Shown here one piece after another: positions 27,121 to 36,670 of a DNA stretch of 64,000 nt. Within the stretch, counting starts at the first letter, position 1. Each line of letters starts with the position of its first letter. This stretch comes from an uncultured Phycisphaeraceae bacterium (GTDB lineage Bacteria > Planctomycetota > Phycisphaerae > Phycisphaerales > UBA1924): assembly GCA_964460345.1 (NCBI GenBank), contig CAYWRO010000011.1, positions 1,872 to 65,871 of the forward strand, given 5' to 3'. Position numbers and translations under genes: made by a program. The notes beneath the pieces are model-generated. The model did not search any database. It saw only the letters and a list, made by a program, of their open reading frames with translations, and was not told the DNA's origin.

Positions 27121-29814
27121 ATGAACACGCCACGCATGCAAACTCGCCATCGGAACATCGCTTGCAGACACCCGCGCCTCGCCGCGGCTCTTCTGGCCGC
27201 GTGCGGCCTGGCCGTCACGCTCGCCGTTCCGGCCGTCTCGATCGCGCAGGAAGGCCAGCCGGACGAGATGATCCAGCGCGAGATTCGCCAGCTTCGCAAC
27301 TCGCTGGAAGACCTTGAAGCCCGCGCGCTGGAGGTCCGCATCAGCATCGCCGAAGCCGACGATGGAGATGAGCGCGCTCGGCTTCAGGACGAACTCTTCG
27401 GCATTGAGTCGGAGATCGAGACGGTCCGCGAGTCGATCATCCGCCGCGGCGGGGACCCGGACGCCGCCGCACAGCCTGCGCCGGCCCAGCCTGCCCGGCC
27501 CGGTGTTGACCGCAGGGCCGAGGCATTGGCCGCCCTGCAGCAGGCCGAGGCCCAGGAGGGCATGGTCGAGATCGGTCCGTTTTCCGAGCCGGTCGACATC
27601 ATGCGGCTCGTTGAGTTCGTCCAGCAACTGCTGGATCTGAACCTCATGGTGGTCGACCCCGGCCTCGAGGGCCAGCAGGTCGTCATCCGCACCCCGATCT
27701 CCGTCCCGGAAGAAGGACTGCTCGACTTCCTCGTCCTTCTGCTCGAGCAGAAGGGCTACACGCTCGTGCCCGATCGCGGCGTCTACCTCATCGTGCAGAG
27801 CGTCAATCCGCCGGCGGGGCCCGCCACGACGCAGATCATCCCGACGCAGGGGCTGCGTCCCAGCCAGGTGGCTCAGCTCATGAGCAGCATCGTGGCGCAG
27901 AGCGGCCGCATTCAGCCGCTGGATGAGATGGGTGCGCTGCTCGTCACGGCGACGCCGCGCCAGATCGGGCTGGTCAACGACCTGCTCAACGACCTGGTCG
28001 CCAAAGCCAGCGAGGTGCAGTGGTTCCGCTTCGATTTGAAGCACGTCACGGCTGACATCGCTCGTCAGCGCATTCTCGAACTTCTCGATCCGGCCCGGGG
28101 CGCACCGCGCACGCCGGTCCCCGGTCAGCAGGCCGACCCCCGCAGCGCCGTCGCCGTCACCGCTTCCGTCGTGGATCTCCCCCAGCGCCTCACCGTCGAC
28201 AGCCAGTCCAATGCGCTCATCTTCAAGGGCCGCCCGGATGAGCAGCTCATGCTTGAGGATCTGCTCAAGGTCGTCGACCAACCGAGTGAACTCGTCACAC
28301 GCTGGTACGAGGTCAGCATGGAGACCGCCACGAAGATGGTCAATGCCGGCCAGCGCGAGGGCCTCGGCCGCGTTGTCTATGAGGACGCCGTCGGCCAGCA
28401 GCCCGCCTTCCGCAGCGTTCGGGCGCCGCAGCTTCAGAATCAGTTTGATACCACCGGCGGCCCCGCCTTCATCATCTATCCCGACGCCTCCGGCTTCATG
28501 TACTACGGCACCGAGACGCAGCACCAGCGCATCGAACAGCTCATGTACCAGTTCGAGGGCATCGAGAGCGGCGACACGATCGTTTACGAGTTCTACAAGC
28601 TCAAGCACTCCGACGCCGCCGAGGTCGCCGCGCTCATCCAGGATCTCATTTCCTCTCAGGGGCAGGCCGGCAACCGCGGCCTTGTCGGTAGCGATCTCTC
28701 CCGTCGTGGCGAGCTCACGCCCCCCCCGCAGACGCCCCAGCCGGAGCCGCAAGTCCAGTCTCCCGCAGCGGGGGGCCTGGAAGCGCAGATCGGCGCGATC
28801 CTCCCCACGGAGGACATCAATGTCCTCGCCGACGAGTTCAACAACCAGATCATCGTGAAGGCGCCCAGCCGCCTGCAACCGGTCTTCGCCCGCATCATCG
28901 AAAAGATCGACCTCCGCCGCCCGCAGGTCTACCTCGAGGCGATGATCGTCACGGTGACCCACGACGACACCTTCAACTGGTCCGTCGATACCCAGGGCGT
29001 GTTCGGGCAGTTCGGCATCCAGAGCGTCTTCGGCCTCACCAGCGCCAGCGAGGGCGCCACGCTCCTTGATCCGCGTCAGGCAGGCACCGGTTTCAGGGGC
29101 CTCACGGCGGCCCTGATCCGCTCTGACAGCGTGCCGTTTGTGCTCAACGTGCTCGCCTCCGACGCGGACACCCGCATCGTCGCCAGCCCCCAGGTTTTGG
29201 TGGACGACAACGAGACGGCCACCATCCTGAGCCAGGAGGGCCAGCCGACCACCTCCATCAGCCAGGGCACGACCACCGACGTCACGAGCTTCCAGGGCTT
29301 CGAGGAGGCCGGTCCAGAGCTGACGATTACCCCCCATATCAGTGAGGGCGGCTACGTCCGGCTCGAGTTCGCCGCCACGCTCTCCTCCTTCATCGGCGAA
29401 TCCCCTTCTCCGGGGATCCCGCCGCCACGCCTCGAGAACAGCATCGAGACCAGCAGCGTACGAGTTCCATCGGACTCGACGATCATCGTGGGCGGTCTCT
29501 CCTTCGAGACCACCAGCGACACGGTCTTTAAGGTGCCGATCCTGGGGGACATTCCCCTGCTGGGGCTGGCCTTCCAGGACATCCGCAAGAACAACAGCAC
29601 AACCACGCTCTACGTCTTCATCACGCCGCGGATCATGCGGGATGACCACTTCCTCGGCGAGATCCTCAACACGGCCGAGCCGATCGCCGCGGCGGGCGTT
29701 GAACCCGCCGGGCCGCCGCCGCCGACCATCGCCAGGATGCGCCTGCGGTCGCACGACCGGCTTGCCGACGAGGTTGAGGAGACGTTGATGCGGTACGGAG
29801 ACACGGGCGAGTGA
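27121..29814 (+). CDS. gspD: Type II secretion-family secretin (GspD/PilQ-like)
   Basis: Signal-like N-terminus, repeated secretin N-domains, and a C-terminal secretin domain ending VPILGDIPLLGLAF....TTLYVFITPRIM. The track start at 26896 is an extension. Confidence 0.85.
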   Translation: MNTPRMQTRHRNIACRHPRLAAALLAACGLAVTLAVPAVSIAQEGQPDEMIQREIRQLRNSLEDLEARALEVRISIAEADDGDERARLQDELFGIESEIETVRESIIRRGGDPDAAAQPAPAQPARPGVDRRAEALAALQQAEAQEGMVEIGPFSEPVDIMRLVEFVQQLLDLNLMVVDPGLEGQQVVIRTPISVPEEGLLDFLVLLLEQKGYTLVPDRGVYLIVQSVNPPAGPATTQIIPTQGLRPSQVAQLMSSIVAQSGRIQPLDEMGALLVTATPRQIGLVNDLLNDLVAKASEVQWFRFDLKHVTADIARQRILELLDPARGAPRTPVPGQQADPRSAVAVTASVVDLPQRLTVDSQSNALIFKGRPDEQLMLEDLLKVVDQPSELVTRWYEVSMETATKMVNAGQREGLGRVVYEDAVGQQPAFRSVRAPQLQNQFDTTGGPAFIIYPDASGFMYYGTETQHQRIEQLMYQFEGIESGDTIVYEFYKLKHSDAAEVAALIQDLISSQGQAGNRGLVGSDLSRRGELTPPPQTPQPEPQVQSPAAGGLEAQIGAILPTEDINVLADEFNNQIIVKAPSRLQPVFARIIEKIDLRRPQVYLEAMIVTVTHDDTFNWSVDTQGVFGQFGIQSVFGLTSASEGATLLDPRQAGTGFRGLTAALIRSDSVPFVLNVLASDADTRIVASPQVLVDDNETATILSQEGQPTTSISQGTTTDVTSFQGFEEAGPELTITPHISEGGYVRLEFAATLSSFIGESPSPGIPPPRLENSIETSSVRVPSDSTIIVGGLSFETTSDTVFKVPILGDIPLLGLAFQDIRKNNSTTTLYVFITPRIMRDDHFLGEILNTAEPIAAAGVEPAGPPPPTIARMRLRSHDRLADEVEETLMRYGDTGE

Positions 29815-31562
29815 TGAGCCCTTTGACGAAGGTACGGCTGAAGAATCCGCTCAAGCGGGCCGCGGCGGGGCACGCCAACGGCGCCGCCGGTGCGCCGGAG
29901 AGCGGCGGCGGTGCGCTGGCGACCGCGCAGTGGGCCGCCGTGGCGCGCCGGTTTGGGGAGCTGACCGTTCATCCGGAGCAGCTTCGCTCTTACGCGCAGC
30001 TTCCGGACGCCGACAACGAACCGTGGGACGTCCTGCTGTCCGTGCTGGCGATCGATGAGCACACGGCCCTGGCCCGCCTCAGCGAGCGCACGGGCCTGCC
30101 CCTGCAGATCGAGCCGAAGTACCAGGAGTCCGCCGGCCGCTTCTACGAGGTCGTCTCGCCGAACACCGCGCGCGAGCGGCTGCTGGCGGGCCTGTCCAGC
30201 GATGGGCACGTCATGACCGTGGCCACCGCCCAGCCGATGCAGCCGGCCGTCTTCAACCAGCTTGAAGAGCAGCTCGGCATGCCGATCCGGCTCGTGCTCG
30301 CGCCGCGGGCGGCCGTGGTGAACCTCATCAACCGCGGCTACGAGCAGCGCCAGGACCTGGTCACCGAGATCGTCGAAGAGCTGCCGCTGGACGAGCGCGC
30401 GATCGAGTCCGCCGCCGGCTCGCTGCGCACGAGCACGGACCTTCTGCAGCTTGCGCGGCAGACGCCCGTCATCCGCCTCGTCAACATGATTCTCTTCGAG
30501 GCGCTGCGCCGCCGCGCCTCGGACATCCACGTGCACCCGATGGAGACGAAGCTGGTCATCCGCTTCCGCATCGACGGCATGCTTGTGGACGCCTTCCAGC
30601 CGCCCCTTGCGCTCGCGGCCGCGATCTCCAGCCGCCTGAAGGTGATGACCGAGCTGGACATCGCCAACCGCCATTCGCCGCAGGACGGCCACTCGACCGT
30701 GCGCGTCGGCAGCCGCAAGATCGACATCCGCCTCTCGTGCATTCCGACCGTGTACGGCGAGCGCGTCGTGCTTCGCCTGCTCGATCAGTCGCAGACGCAG
30801 CTCTCGCTCGACGAGGTCGGCATGACGCGCGAGATGCAGGAGGAGTTCGACGATCTCGTCGAGCGCCCCACGGGCATCATCCTCGTCACCGGCCCGACCG
30901 GCTCCGGCAAGACGACGACGCTCTACGGCGGGCTCGGCAAGATCGACCGCACCAGCCGCAACGTCATGACGATCGAGGACCCGGTCGAGTACCACCTTGA
31001 GGGGATCAGCCAGACGCAGGTGAACGTGAAGCGCGGCGTGACCTTCGCCGCGGGGTTGCGCTCGCTGCTGCGGCAGGATCCGGACGTCATCCTCGTCGGC
31101 GAGATCCGCGATCCGGAGACGGCGCAGCTCGCCGTGCAGGCGTCCTTGACCGGCCACCTCGTGCTGGCGACGCTGCACACCAACGACGCCCCGAGCGCCA
31201 TCGCGCGACTGATCGACATCGGCGTGGAGCCGTACCTGATCACCTCGACGCTGCTGGCGGTGATGGCCCAGCGCCTGCTTCGGCGCACGTGCACGGCCTG
31301 CGCCGGCAGCGGCCTCGACCCCGCGGGCGCGGAGGGGCGCTGCGAGCGTTGCTTCGGCAGCGGCTATTACGGCCGCATCGCGGTCTTTGAGATCATGCGC
31401 ATGACCGATGAGCTGCGCCACCTGACCATCCAGGGCGCCGACGCCGTCACGCTCGCCAACACGGCCCGCACGGGCGGCATGCGCACCATGACGGACGATG
31501 CGCGCGAGAAGGTCGCCCGCGGCCTGACCACCGAGGCGGAAATGCGCCGCGTCCTGCACTGA
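29811..31562 (+). CDS. gspE: GspE/PilB-family type II secretion ATPase
   Basis: Walker A VTGPTGSGKTTTLY, Walker B DVILVGEIRD, His box GHLVLATLHTNDA, tetracysteine CTAC...CERC. ATGA-type overlap with gspD. Confidence 0.9.
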   Translation: MMSPLTKVRLKNPLKRAAAGHANGAAGAPESGGGALATAQWAAVARRFGELTVHPEQLRSYAQLPDADNEPWDVLLSVLAIDEHTALARLSERTGLPLQIEPKYQESAGRFYEVVSPNTARERLLAGLSSDGHVMTVATAQPMQPAVFNQLEEQLGMPIRLVLAPRAAVVNLINRGYEQRQDLVTEIVEELPLDERAIESAAGSLRTSTDLLQLARQTPVIRLVNMILFEALRRRASDIHVHPMETKLVIRFRIDGMLVDAFQPPLALAAAISSRLKVMTELDIANRHSPQDGHSTVRVGSRKIDIRLSCIPTVYGERVVLRLLDQSQTQLSLDEVGMTREMQEEFDDLVERPTGIILVTGPTGSGKTTTLYGGLGKIDRTSRNVMTIEDPVEYHLEGISQTQVNVKRGVTFAAGLRSLLRQDPDVILVGEIRDPETAQLAVQASLTGHLVLATLHTNDAPSAIARLIDIGVEPYLITSTLLAVMAQRLLRRTCTACAGSGLDPAGAEGRCERCFGSGYYGRIAVFEIMRMTDELRHLTIQGADAVTLANTARTGGMRTMTDDAREKVARGLTTEAEMRRVLH

Positions 31563-31605
31563 GCGCGCGGCGGCGTTCTGCGGTTGAGCCGCGCGGGGGC
31601 GGGGG

Positions 31606-31710
31606 AGTTCACGACAGAGACACTGAGACACGGAGAGGTCACGGAGAGTGCCGGGCGCTTTCTGTCCCTCTCGCCTGACTTTTCTCTGTGCCTCTGCGCC
31701 TCTGTGGTTC
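31606..31710. repeat. Intergenic purine-rich octamer-repeat imperfect hairpin
   Basis: Left arm CACGACAGAGACACTGAGACACGGAGAGGTCACGGAGAGTG faces the CT-rich right arm CTTTCTGTCCCTCTCGCCTGACTTTTCTCTGTGCCTCTGCGCCTCTGTGG. Both have an 8-nt periodicity. Confidence 0.6.
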
Positions 31711-31780
31711 AATTTATCAGTTGCACGGAGCGTCGCGTGGGTCCGCGGTTTGTTCGGGTCGAAGGTCCGGATAACGCAGG

Positions 31781-32011
31781 CAAATGATCAAATGAGCGGC
31801 CCAAATGATCAAATGGACCGGGCAAATGATCAAATGGACGGAGCAAATGATCAAATGGACGGGCCAAATGATCGAATGAGCGGGCCAAATGATCAAATGG
31901 ATGGAGCAAATGATCAGATGGCCCGTTTCATTCGTTCAGATGGATGGTTCAATCGTTCAAATGAGCGGCCCATTCGTTCAAGTGGCTCGTCCATTCGTTC
32001 GAATGAAGCGT
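31781..32011. repeat. Tandem array B: 11 units of exactly 21 bp (7 x CAAATGATCAAATGnnnnGnn, then 4 x yCATTCGTTCAAATGnnnnGn)
   Basis: CAAATGATC starts at 31781, 31802, 31823, 31844, 31865, 31886 and 31907. The variant units start at 31928, 31949, 31970 and 31991. Confidence 0.9.
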
Positions 32012-32069
32012 TTGAAGAGCCTGTCGCCGAGGCGCGCGGGGCGGACCGGTTGACCACCGGTTGCAGGCC

Positions 32070-33545
32070 CTAACACGCCCCCGCGCTGGCCGGGAACCAG
32101 CAGTCCAGGTACATCAGCAGGTCGAAGACGTCCACCCCCGCCTGGCCGTCGAGGTTCGCCGAGGCATCGTGCGCGAACCACGCATCGAGGTAGGCCAGCA
32201 GGTCGAAGACGTTCACGCCGTCCGCACCGTCGAGTTCGCACAGGCACGCCTCGACCGGCAGGAAATGGTGCTCCGCGATGTAGTCGGCGATCTCGGAGCC
32301 GACCTGGCGTCCGACCGTGTCGTCGAAGTTCCAGTGAATCCCGAGGTAGACGCGGCTGCGGCCGTTCTCTTCCATCGCCTGGCTGAAGCTGCTGAAGGAG
32401 CGCACGACGCCCGGCAGTTCCGGGCTTTCAAGCTGGAAGGGGATTGAATCGGTGCCGTAAAAGCGTTCCAGCGCGCGAAAGGCTGCGCCGCCGAAGGTCG
32501 CGTGCCCGGAGAGATACGTCGGAAACGGCGGCGTGAAGTTGTTGATGGTTGACCCATCCGGGTGCACCCCGCCCGGCGCGCCGAGCGGCGTCCATGTCGG
32601 ATCGCCGACCGTGTCCGGGTTCCCGTCGAAGTCTCCCTGGCGGATCCCCGTCACGGGCCGCCAGAAGTCGTAGCGGTACTTGGCGTCCCACGCGACGCAT
32701 CCGGCGTCCGCCATCGCCACCCCGGCCATGGCAAAGAGGTGCGCGTTCTCCCACAGGTCATTGCCCTGCTGCTCGGCGACGACGAGCAGCGCATCGGTGT
32801 AGATCACCATCGGCGTGCCCATCCCCGCGCGGTCGAGCGCCCAGAAGAGGCCGATCTCCGTCTGCTCCGCCGTTCTCGTGGTGCTGTTGAGCGCGCCGAG
32901 CGACTTCACCTCGTTGTACGATTCGGCATACTCAACGCTTGTCATGTCGCCCACCGGCGGGACGTGCATCTGAAAGACCGACGAGATCGCAAACGTGCGC
33001 AGTTCTCCCCACGCCGGGCCCCACGCTTCCTGGTGCGGGTTCAATGGATCCGGCTGCCAGTGCCCCGGCAGGGGCGTCGGTTCATACTCGACCACGGTGT
33101 CGAAACCATCGTCGGCCCGCAGCGCGACGATGTGCGCGCCGACGGCGTCGCCGTAAGCGATGCCGTCCATCTTGCCCGGGCCGTCCGGCATCTCCGCGAG
33201 CATGTCGGCGACCGCCGCGTCCAGCAGGGCCGCCTGCTCCGGATAGATCGACATCAGCACGCGGTACGCCGCCTGCGCGCCCGCCGCTTCGGCCGAAGCG
33301 CCCGCCGGCGCCGGCGCGTGTTCGTAAAACTGTTCGTGGCGAGGCGAGACGCCGTTGATGGCGTCGTACATCGCCAGGTTCACCAACGCGAGCGTGCGCG
33401 ACGTCATGCCTGGATTCTGATAGGGCAGGTCAGCCGTCATCACGGCCTTGGTGACCTCGTTCCACTCGAGCACGACATCGGCCGATGCCGGCGCGCCGAC
33501 AGCGCACAGAAGACTCACCGCCGCGATTCGCCTGACGCTACTCAT
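32070..33545 (-). CDS. Secreted PAP2/vanadium-haloperoxidase-family protein with C-terminal GC-type dockerin
   Basis: PAP2 motifs PTYLSGHATFGGAAF and SRVYLGIHWNFD; signal peptide MSSVRRIAAVSLLCAVGAPASA; tail CLCELDGADGVNVFDLLAYLDAWF...VDVFDLLMYLDCWF. Confidence 0.8.
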   Translation of the reverse strand: MSSVRRIAAVSLLCAVGAPASADVVLEWNEVTKAVMTADLPYQNPGMTSRTLALVNLAMYDAINGVSPRHEQFYEHAPAPAGASAEAAGAQAAYRVLMSIYPEQAALLDAAVADMLAEMPDGPGKMDGIAYGDAVGAHIVALRADDGFDTVVEYEPTPLPGHWQPDPLNPHQEAWGPAWGELRTFAISSVFQMHVPPVGDMTSVEYAESYNEVKSLGALNSTTRTAEQTEIGLFWALDRAGMGTPMVIYTDALLVVAEQQGNDLWENAHLFAMAGVAMADAGCVAWDAKYRYDFWRPVTGIRQGDFDGNPDTVGDPTWTPLGAPGGVHPDGSTINNFTPPFPTYLSGHATFGGAAFRALERFYGTDSIPFQLESPELPGVVRSFSSFSQAMEENGRSRVYLGIHWNFDDTVGRQVGSEIADYIAEHHFLPVEACLCELDGADGVNVFDLLAYLDAWFAHDASANLDGQAGVDVFDLLMYLDCWFPASAGAC

Positions 33546-33782
33546 GCACATCTCCGGGCTTGCTTCATTGTGCGGGTAAGGAACCGCGCCATGCACCGCG
33601 CACGGCGCGAAGATCCGCCCCCCATGATCTCGTGATAGCGTACACAGAATCACCACTCCCGCAACACGCGCCAGGCGAATCAGGGAGAACCCGAGGGGGT
33701 TACCTTGAGTGATTCTTAGTTGCGCGCACGAATGGGCGCAGATGCTCCCCGAATGCCTTCCGCACGCGCGATGCGCAAGGTG

Positions 33783-34853
33783 TCAAGCGACGGCGCTGCT
33801 CTCTCGCACGATGAACGTCGTCGGGATGCGCACATGCACCGGCTCGGCGCTCGGCTCGTCAATGCGGCGCACGAGCGTGGCAATCGCCGCCGCGCCCAAC
33901 TCCGCCAGCGGCACGCGCACGCTTGAGAGCGACGGCCGCACCAGCGATGCGATGCGCGTGTCGTCAAACCCGACCACCCGCAAGTCTCCCGGCACCGCCA
34001 GCCCGGCATCCTCCGCGCCGCGAACAATGCCAAGCGCGATTTCATCGTCCCCCGCCAGCACCGCTGCGCTGCGCAGATCGACGCGCTTGCGATAGTCCTT
34101 CACCCAATCGAGCCCCCAGTTCAGGTCATACTGCCCGAACGCGAACTGCTCCTCCGTCGGCTCATGCCCCGCCTGCCGCAGCGCCTGGCGGAAGACCTCG
34201 GCTCGCCGCTGCGTGTCGAAGTTTTCCCGCGGCCCGCCCACGAAATAACAGCGCTCCGGCGGCGTGTGCGCCAGCAGGTGCATCATCGCCTCGCGCGCGC
34301 CCGTCGTGCTGTCCACCATCACCGAATCAATCTGCTCATCGCGCTCCTGCGAATCCAGCACGACGATCGGCATGCCGAGCTGACGCGCTTCTCGCCACAG
34401 CCGCTCGTTCGGCTCCGTGATCATCAGCACCAGCCCGTTGATGAGCCCGAAAGCGAGGGAACCCCCCCCGCTCCCAGCGCCCCCGCCGCCCGAGCCGGCT
34501 CCGTTGCCCGCCTCGCTGTCGCCCCCGTTGAGCGCTTCGGATGAAACCAGCAGGTGGTACCCGAGACGATGCGCCTCCGCGTCCGCCCCGCGCAGCAGGC
34601 CGGAGTAAAACTCGCCGTGAATGTCCGGCAAGGCGATTCCGATCACGCGCGTCCGGCGCGTCATCAGGCCCTGGGCCATCAGGTTCGGCCGGTAGCCAAG
34701 CTCGCGGATCGCCGCCTGCACGCGCTCGGCCGTTCCCGCCGCCACCAGAGACGGGTTGTTGAGCACACGCGAGACCGTCGCCGTCGACACGCCCGCGGCG
34801 GCGGCGACATCCTGAATCGACGGTGGCTGCCGCTGAGGGCTGGGGTCGGGCAT
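33783..34853 (-). CDS. LacI-family transcriptional regulator
   Basis: HTH SIQDVAAAAGVSTATVSRVLNN plus a periplasmic-binding-fold effector domain. ATG at 34853. Carries a Gly-rich insert (GNGAGSGGGGAGSGGGS). Confidence 0.88.
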   Translation of the reverse strand: MPDPSPQRQPPSIQDVAAAAGVSTATVSRVLNNPSLVAAGTAERVQAAIRELGYRPNLMAQGLMTRRTRVIGIALPDIHGEFYSGLLRGADAEAHRLGYHLLVSSEALNGGDSEAGNGAGSGGGGAGSGGGSLAFGLINGLVLMITEPNERLWREARQLGMPIVVLDSQERDEQIDSVMVDSTTGAREAMMHLLAHTPPERCYFVGGPRENFDTQRRAEVFRQALRQAGHEPTEEQFAFGQYDLNWGLDWVKDYRKRVDLRSAAVLAGDDEIALGIVRGAEDAGLAVPGDLRVVGFDDTRIASLVRPSLSSVRVPLAELGAAAIATLVRRIDEPSAEPVHVRIPTTFIVRESSAVA

Positions 34854-34908
34854 GCTGAGGAACCTTGTGGCTGCGCGATTGTAACGGTCTGCGGGTGGCT
34901 TACCGTCC

Positions 34909-34922
34909 TGTAAACGCTTACA
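34909..34922. promoter_or_regulatory. LacI-type operator candidate O1
   Basis: TGTAAACGCTTACA (LacI-family consensus TGTAAnCGnTTACA) in the divergent spacer between the LacI gene and the GH144-like gene. Confidence 0.6.
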
Positions 34923-34954
34923 TTCTTCGCAGCCACAACGCAAGGAGGACAAGC

Positions 34955-36559
34955 GTGCCGACGCCCAAACGCCCCGCCACAGCCGCCCCACGCCGCGTAC
35001 CCCTCCTGGCGATCCTCTCGGCCATGGGGGTTGGCTTCACAGCGCCCGTGGCATCATGCCAGACGGAGCCCGCTGAGCCTTCGGCCCCGGCCCGAACCCA
35101 CCCCGCCGTTCGTGCCGCGGATGTGACGATCGAGGCCCCGCCGGGCGTTCAACGGCCCCCGTTTGAGTTCTCGAAGGAGGATGATGCGCTGCTGGAAGAG
35201 ATTCAGCGCGCCGCGTTCGGCTATCTGTGGCACGGCTGCTCCCCCGACACGGGCATGGTCTACGACCGATCGAGCAAGACGGTTGTCAGCGTCGCCGGGG
35301 TCGGGTTTCAGCTCTCGGCTATCCCGATCGGGGTCGAACGTGGCTGGATCAGCCAGGAGGAGGGCACGGCCCGCGCGCTCAAGATTGTCACCGCCCTCCG
35401 CGGAAATCCGAACAATCGCAAGGCCGGTCTCTTCTACCACTACCTCGACCCGCGCGACGCCGGCCCCTCGCGCGAGGCGTATGAGCACATCGTCAGCACG
35501 GTCGACTCAGCCCTGCTGATGGCCGGGCTGGCGACGGCCTCCAGCTACTTCGGCGGTGAGGTTGCCGAACACGCCGATGCGCTGCTGCGCGAGGCGGATT
35601 GGGCGTATTTCGTGAATGAGGGCACCATCGACCCGCGCCTCGATGGCTTCATCTCGCTCGGCTGGAAGCCAGCCGACCCGGATGAACCCACAGGCGAGGG
35701 TGAGCTGCTCGATTACGGCTGGGTTGATGCGGGCGATGAGCATCGCCTGGTCACGTTCCTGGCGGTCTGCGCGCCGGAGCGGGACCATCGCGTGCCCCCG
35801 GCGTTGTACTACCGGCTGCGCCGCACGCTCGGGCACCACGAAGATTGCGACCTGATGGTCTGGTTTCCCTGGTCGGGCGCGCTCTTCACCGCCTTCTTCG
35901 CCCACTGCTGGATCGACTACGCCCACATGGGTCCGGACAACCCCGCGGCCTTCGGCGTCGAGCATCGCGCTCGCGTTGACTGGTGGGAGAACAGCCGGCG
36001 CACCGCCTGCCTGCACCGCGCGGAGGCAATCCGGAACCCCAAGGAGTTCCCGGGGGTCGGCCCGAACCTCTGGGGTTTGAGCGCCTCAGACTCGCCTGAC
36101 GGCTACAGCGTCCCCGGGCTCTTCCCCAGGTTTGTCGAGATGATCGGCGCGGAGCCGGAGATCGACTTCCCGGTCGCCGCGGCGGAGCGGGAACACACAA
36201 ACTGGGGGGATGGTACCATCGCGCCGTACGCCTCCGGGTGCACGATCATGTTTTCGCCCGATGAGGCGGTTGCCGCGCTACGGTACTTCCGGGAGTTGAA
36301 GGACGCCCAGGGAAAACCCTGGATCTGGCGTGACCCAGGGGAGAGTCCGGATAACCACGGGCTGCTGGATTCGCTGAACATCGGCAAGTCTTGGGTGGCC
36401 GACGATTACGTGGCGATCGACGAGGGGCCGCTCGTCCTGGCGATCGAGAACGCCCGCTCGGGGCTCATCTGGCGGTTGTTCCACGAGCATCCGTTTGTCC
36501 GGGAGGGGAGCGCCCGGCTCCGCCTGGTGCGGGATTTGCCCGAGGCGGCAGAGGAATGA
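34955..36559 (+). CDS. Glucoamylase-family (GH144-like) candidate endo-beta-1,2-glucanase, lipoprotein-like
   Basis: AAGGAGGA RBS plus GTG at 34955, signal with ..APVASC. Recognisable segments AFGYLWH, GMVYDRS, VAGVGFQLSA, LFYHYLD, STVDSALLMAG and LWGLSASDSPDGY, recalled as the PF10091/GH144 type. Confidence 0.7.
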   Translation: MPTPKRPATAAPRRVPLLAILSAMGVGFTAPVASCQTEPAEPSAPARTHPAVRAADVTIEAPPGVQRPPFEFSKEDDALLEEIQRAAFGYLWHGCSPDTGMVYDRSSKTVVSVAGVGFQLSAIPIGVERGWISQEEGTARALKIVTALRGNPNNRKAGLFYHYLDPRDAGPSREAYEHIVSTVDSALLMAGLATASSYFGGEVAEHADALLREADWAYFVNEGTIDPRLDGFISLGWKPADPDEPTGEGELLDYGWVDAGDEHRLVTFLAVCAPERDHRVPPALYYRLRRTLGHHEDCDLMVWFPWSGALFTAFFAHCWIDYAHMGPDNPAAFGVEHRARVDWWENSRRTACLHRAEAIRNPKEFPGVGPNLWGLSASDSPDGYSVPGLFPRFVEMIGAEPEIDFPVAAAEREHTNWGDGTIAPYASGCTIMFSPDEAVAALRYFRELKDAQGKPWIWRDPGESPDNHGLLDSLNIGKSWVADDYVAIDEGPLVLAIENARSGLIWRLFHEHPFVREGSARLRLVRDLPEAAEE

Positions 36560-36670
36560 CGGGCGATATCGGCGGGAGGGGGCTTGCCATCGGGCGGGAG
36601 TCGTGGCAGAATGAAAGCGTTTACAGGAGGAGGCGCGGCCACGCCGCGTCCACATAAAGGGAGAGATCGC

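Noticed and set aside
31781-32011. CRISPR interpretation of the 21-bp arrays (also 1154-1405 and 61926-62156)
   Set aside because: The period of 21 bp is far below repeat-plus-spacer lengths (about 55-75 bp). The variable segments are only 7-15 nt, and no cas genes or leader are present.
31648-32073. Heptad-repeat proteins encoded by the arrays (for example the NDQMDGA repeats of ORF 31648..32073, or the GPRRxxx repeats of 874..1371 -)
   Set aside because: Several frames on both strands are open simultaneously. There is no RBS or plausible start context. Composition departs from the genome's coding GC3 bias, and one candidate overlaps the pfkA start. I cannot exclude translation without data.
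34450-34535. Gly-rich GGGGAGSGGGG-type inserts in LacI (34450-34535), the SBP (41931-41979), metH (about 14230-14300) and the RND pump (about 60985-61010)
   Set aside because: These are short, G-run-driven low-complexity tracts typical of slippage in high-GC genomes. They have no shared flanks or hairpin symmetry, so I do not regard them as an element family.
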